DNA of 33,294 bases. It comes from Azolla caroliniana. Lineage: Eukaryota; Plantae; Polypodiophyta. The stretch covers positions 1 to 33,294 of the forward strand of contig JBHGNT010000338.1 of the NCBI GenBank assembly GCA_043228905.1, in the 5' to 3' direction. Shown here one piece after another: positions 30,718 to 33,294 of the stretch (position 1 is the first letter of the stretch; each line of letters starts with the position of its first letter). A program made the translations under genes and the position numbers. The notes under the pieces are model-generated. The model was given only the letters and a program-made list of their open reading frames with translations. It had not been told where the DNA came from and did no database searches.

Positions 30718-30850
30718 GGATCTGAAATGATTTGCATGGGTAATGGATACAAACAAATACAGAGTGATAAATTGAACATAAATGGATCTGAAATGATTTG
30801 CATGGGTAATGGATACAAACAAATACAGAGTGATAAATTGAACATAAATG
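30718..30850. repeat. Exact 66-bp tandem duplication
   Basis: GGATCTGAAATGATTTGCATGGG...AACATAAAT at 30718 and 30784. Confidence 0.95.
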
Positions 30851-31605
30851 CAAATGCCTGAGCCGTAAACGCAATGGCTAGTTACTCATCTGCTACTACC
30901 AAATAAGCTTGTCACTATTTTGGGTAGTGCATTAAAATACTTGCCCACTTTACATTGTATATCCAATGGATCCAACGAATTGCTGACATTTGAGTGATTT
31001 GACTTTATTGACTAAACAACTTGGCATTTACTTTGAGCCATTTACTTTGTGCATTTAAGTATATTGTTGTAATGGTCTTTGCACAACAATGAAATTTATT
31101 AGCATTACCTAGACTAATGGGAAGCATGTTCGAAAAGTCTGTTGTATCTTACTCCATAATGATTTTCAATAACTTTCATGCACCTAAATGTATTGGTTGT
31201 TGATTTGTGCATGTGTGTTTTGTGAGATATACTCTTGAACATCATAAGATCAAAATGCATTTGTCTTAGTTGACGTAATCCAAAAATCAATAGAATGCTG
31301 TAATATGGATGTTGGAATAGTAATAGAATGAAATGTATATAATGGTGGCTGCACACTCAATGTTATCTATATACCTATCATTGTTGATGGTAAACTCATT
31401 GAATTCATAGGTATAGTGCCCTTGCAACCCAAAATATCTAAGGGTTTTCACATACCTCTTAGTGCTTTAAACTTCCATGGGCTAAATGGCCACACTCCCT
31501 CTAAGAAGTTGGCTGCAAAAAGGATCCTTCTAGTTGGTCTCGTTTTTAAGGTAACTAACATGACAAATCACTCCACTAGCTAAAAGAATGGGGTTATATT
31601 TTTAA

Positions 31606-31918
31606 GGGAAAAGTACCAGGATACCCATGGAAGTTCGTCTATTTACCAGAATGCCCCTGGAAGTTCCAAATTTACCAAACTACCCCTATGTACAAAAAAA
31701 TACACTTTATAAAGTAATTATACACTCAAATCTACAAGCCCTATTTACCAGAATACCCTTAAAACACACATTTCTTTACTTAAGAGATTCTTTGGGTCCT
31801 TTGTACTTACTTTATAAAGTGTATTTTTTTGGACATAGGGGTAGTTTGGTAAATTTGGAACTTCCAAGGGCATTCTGGTAAATAGACGAACTTCCAGGGG
31901 TATCTTGGTACTTTTCCC
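31606..31918. mobile_element. Mutator-like (MULE) MITE, 313 bp
   Basis: 111-bp near-perfect TIRs (31606-31716 and 31808-31918) starting GGGAAAAGTACC; exact 9-bp TSD TATTTTTAA at 31597-31605 and 31919-31927. Confidence 0.93.
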
Positions 31919-32559
31919 TATTTTTAATAGAAGGTTGATGAAACATAAATAGAGAAGGATCTTAACATCAGATTGACATATTGTCAATCCACTTGTGTTT
32001 CTTAATGCCCAATTTACATCACGATGTAACAACAAGGACAATGTATTGTTGGTAATAGTATACATCAAGCCAAAGATGATCTTGTCTTTGACATATCGAT
32101 ATATCCTTTTGAACTACAACCATGTGTGCATGTGTAGGTGCTTGCATGGATTTGATGACAATGCTAACAACATATGCAATATCTCGACTTCAAATGATAA
32201 GATCAATAAACTTTCCTACTATTTGTTAATATCTCTTTGCATAATCAATAAAGCATTAATACCTCAAGATTTGTAGTTATTTCCATTGGGGTTTTAATGG
32301 GTTTACAATCATGCATGCCAAATGCCATGCACTATCAGTACATAATGACATGCATATGCCCAAAACACCTTTATAACATTCATTTCAAATATCAAGGCTC
32401 TCATAAAACCTTAAGAAATGTGGATTTTTTGTTTAGTTACTTCATCGAATTCAGGTGTATACCTCAATGTTATGTATCTCATTATTTTGGATTCTCATTA
32501 AGTTTATGTCAAAGACATTCACCACCACCACCACCACCATCAATTCTAAAAGCTTTTAA

Positions 32560-33294
32560 TTTTCTTTTTTCCAAAAAGAAAAACTACTTCCATTAGTTAA
32601 GGCAATGTACATAGGATAATTTACAACTCATATCTTACAAGCCATCTTGCATGTCAAAAGAAAACAATATGTGTAGAGGAAACAACAAAAACAACTCCAA
32701 AACACCACATCATTCGATGCGCATAGCATTACCTGAATGCATACTCTCCATGTGAGCCTCATACAACCCGAATTCAGCATATACGTCCTCCATTCACTTC
32801 TCATGGCAACACCCATCTAGATGTTAGGTACACTCGAAGGGAACAACCACCGTGGTGGTTGATAATTCCACTTCGCTTTACCATCCACCATCTGTAGCAT
32901 CGATGAACCACCCCAGTTCAGAAGGAATCGAGCTCTAGCTTCTTCACTTGCGTCAAAGGGCCCTTGAAGACTTTCAAACTCTCCTCGTAACGTAGAAATA
33001 AGATTAAACCAGATCATCATTAAATTCTCAGCCGGTGGGGTTCGCTTACCTGCGAAAGTCTCCTTGCACCTAGATACCCACACTTGCCAAACCGTAAGGC
33101 CGACCACTAATAACCATATGTCCACGTAGCGTTCATGTAAGAAGAATGAACCTCCTTGCGCTCGTTGTACAGTTCCTTGCATCACCTTTAAAGAATAACT
33201 GTTTCCATTCCACCCTTGAAACCACGAAGTCGATTCAGTGGCCAAACAAGTGAACCTCAACCCTGAACCGAGTCAAGATTCTTAAGCTCCTCAT
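32560..33294 (-). mobile_element. LINE 3' end (ORF2 C-terminus 32817->33294, ~250 bp 3' UTR, A-rich tail); continues beyond the window
   Basis: ORF IWLLVVGLTVWQVWVSRC...LRGEFESLQG...KWNYQPPRWLFP is homologous to the intronic LINE C-terminus ([22 protein letters not shown]). Same tail motif TTTTTCCAAAAA..CTACTTC-CATTAGTTA at 32566-32599. Confidence 0.8.

Noticed and set aside
31627-32068. ORFs sharing the peptide EVRLFTRMPLEVPNLPNYPYVQKNTLYKV on opposite strands
   Set aside because: Artefact of the MITE terminal inverted repeats.

Overview
AT-rich, intron-containing plant nuclear DNA. A fern or other non-seed plant is my guess from the transposon families; this is inference only. Two intact + strand genes can be spliced by hand. 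The first is a 3-exon nodulin-like/NFD4-like MFS transporter (6283-17346, 601 aa). The second is a 14-exon uridine kinase-like UK/UPRT gene (22295-29656, 496 aa) with one GC-AG intron. The 8.4-kb intron 2 of the MFS gene holds a 5'-truncated LINE (minus strand). An internally deleted Ty3/gypsy chromovirus (10600-12890) has inserted into the 3' UTR of that LINE. Both chromovirus LTRs carry a 7-unit heat-shock-element array about 45 bp upstream of the TATA box, tandem antisense tRNA T-arm/B-box-like repeats and a 12-bp hairpin; this is the most interesting signal in the window. Also present are further insertions with the same LINE 3' tail (one with a 15-bp TSD), a Mutator-like MITE with a 9-bp TSD, an intronic inverted duplication, reiterated splice-donor copies in UKL intron 1, a uORF-rich UKL leader, and many tandem duplications and microsatellites. 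Most short ORFs in the supplied track are spurious.
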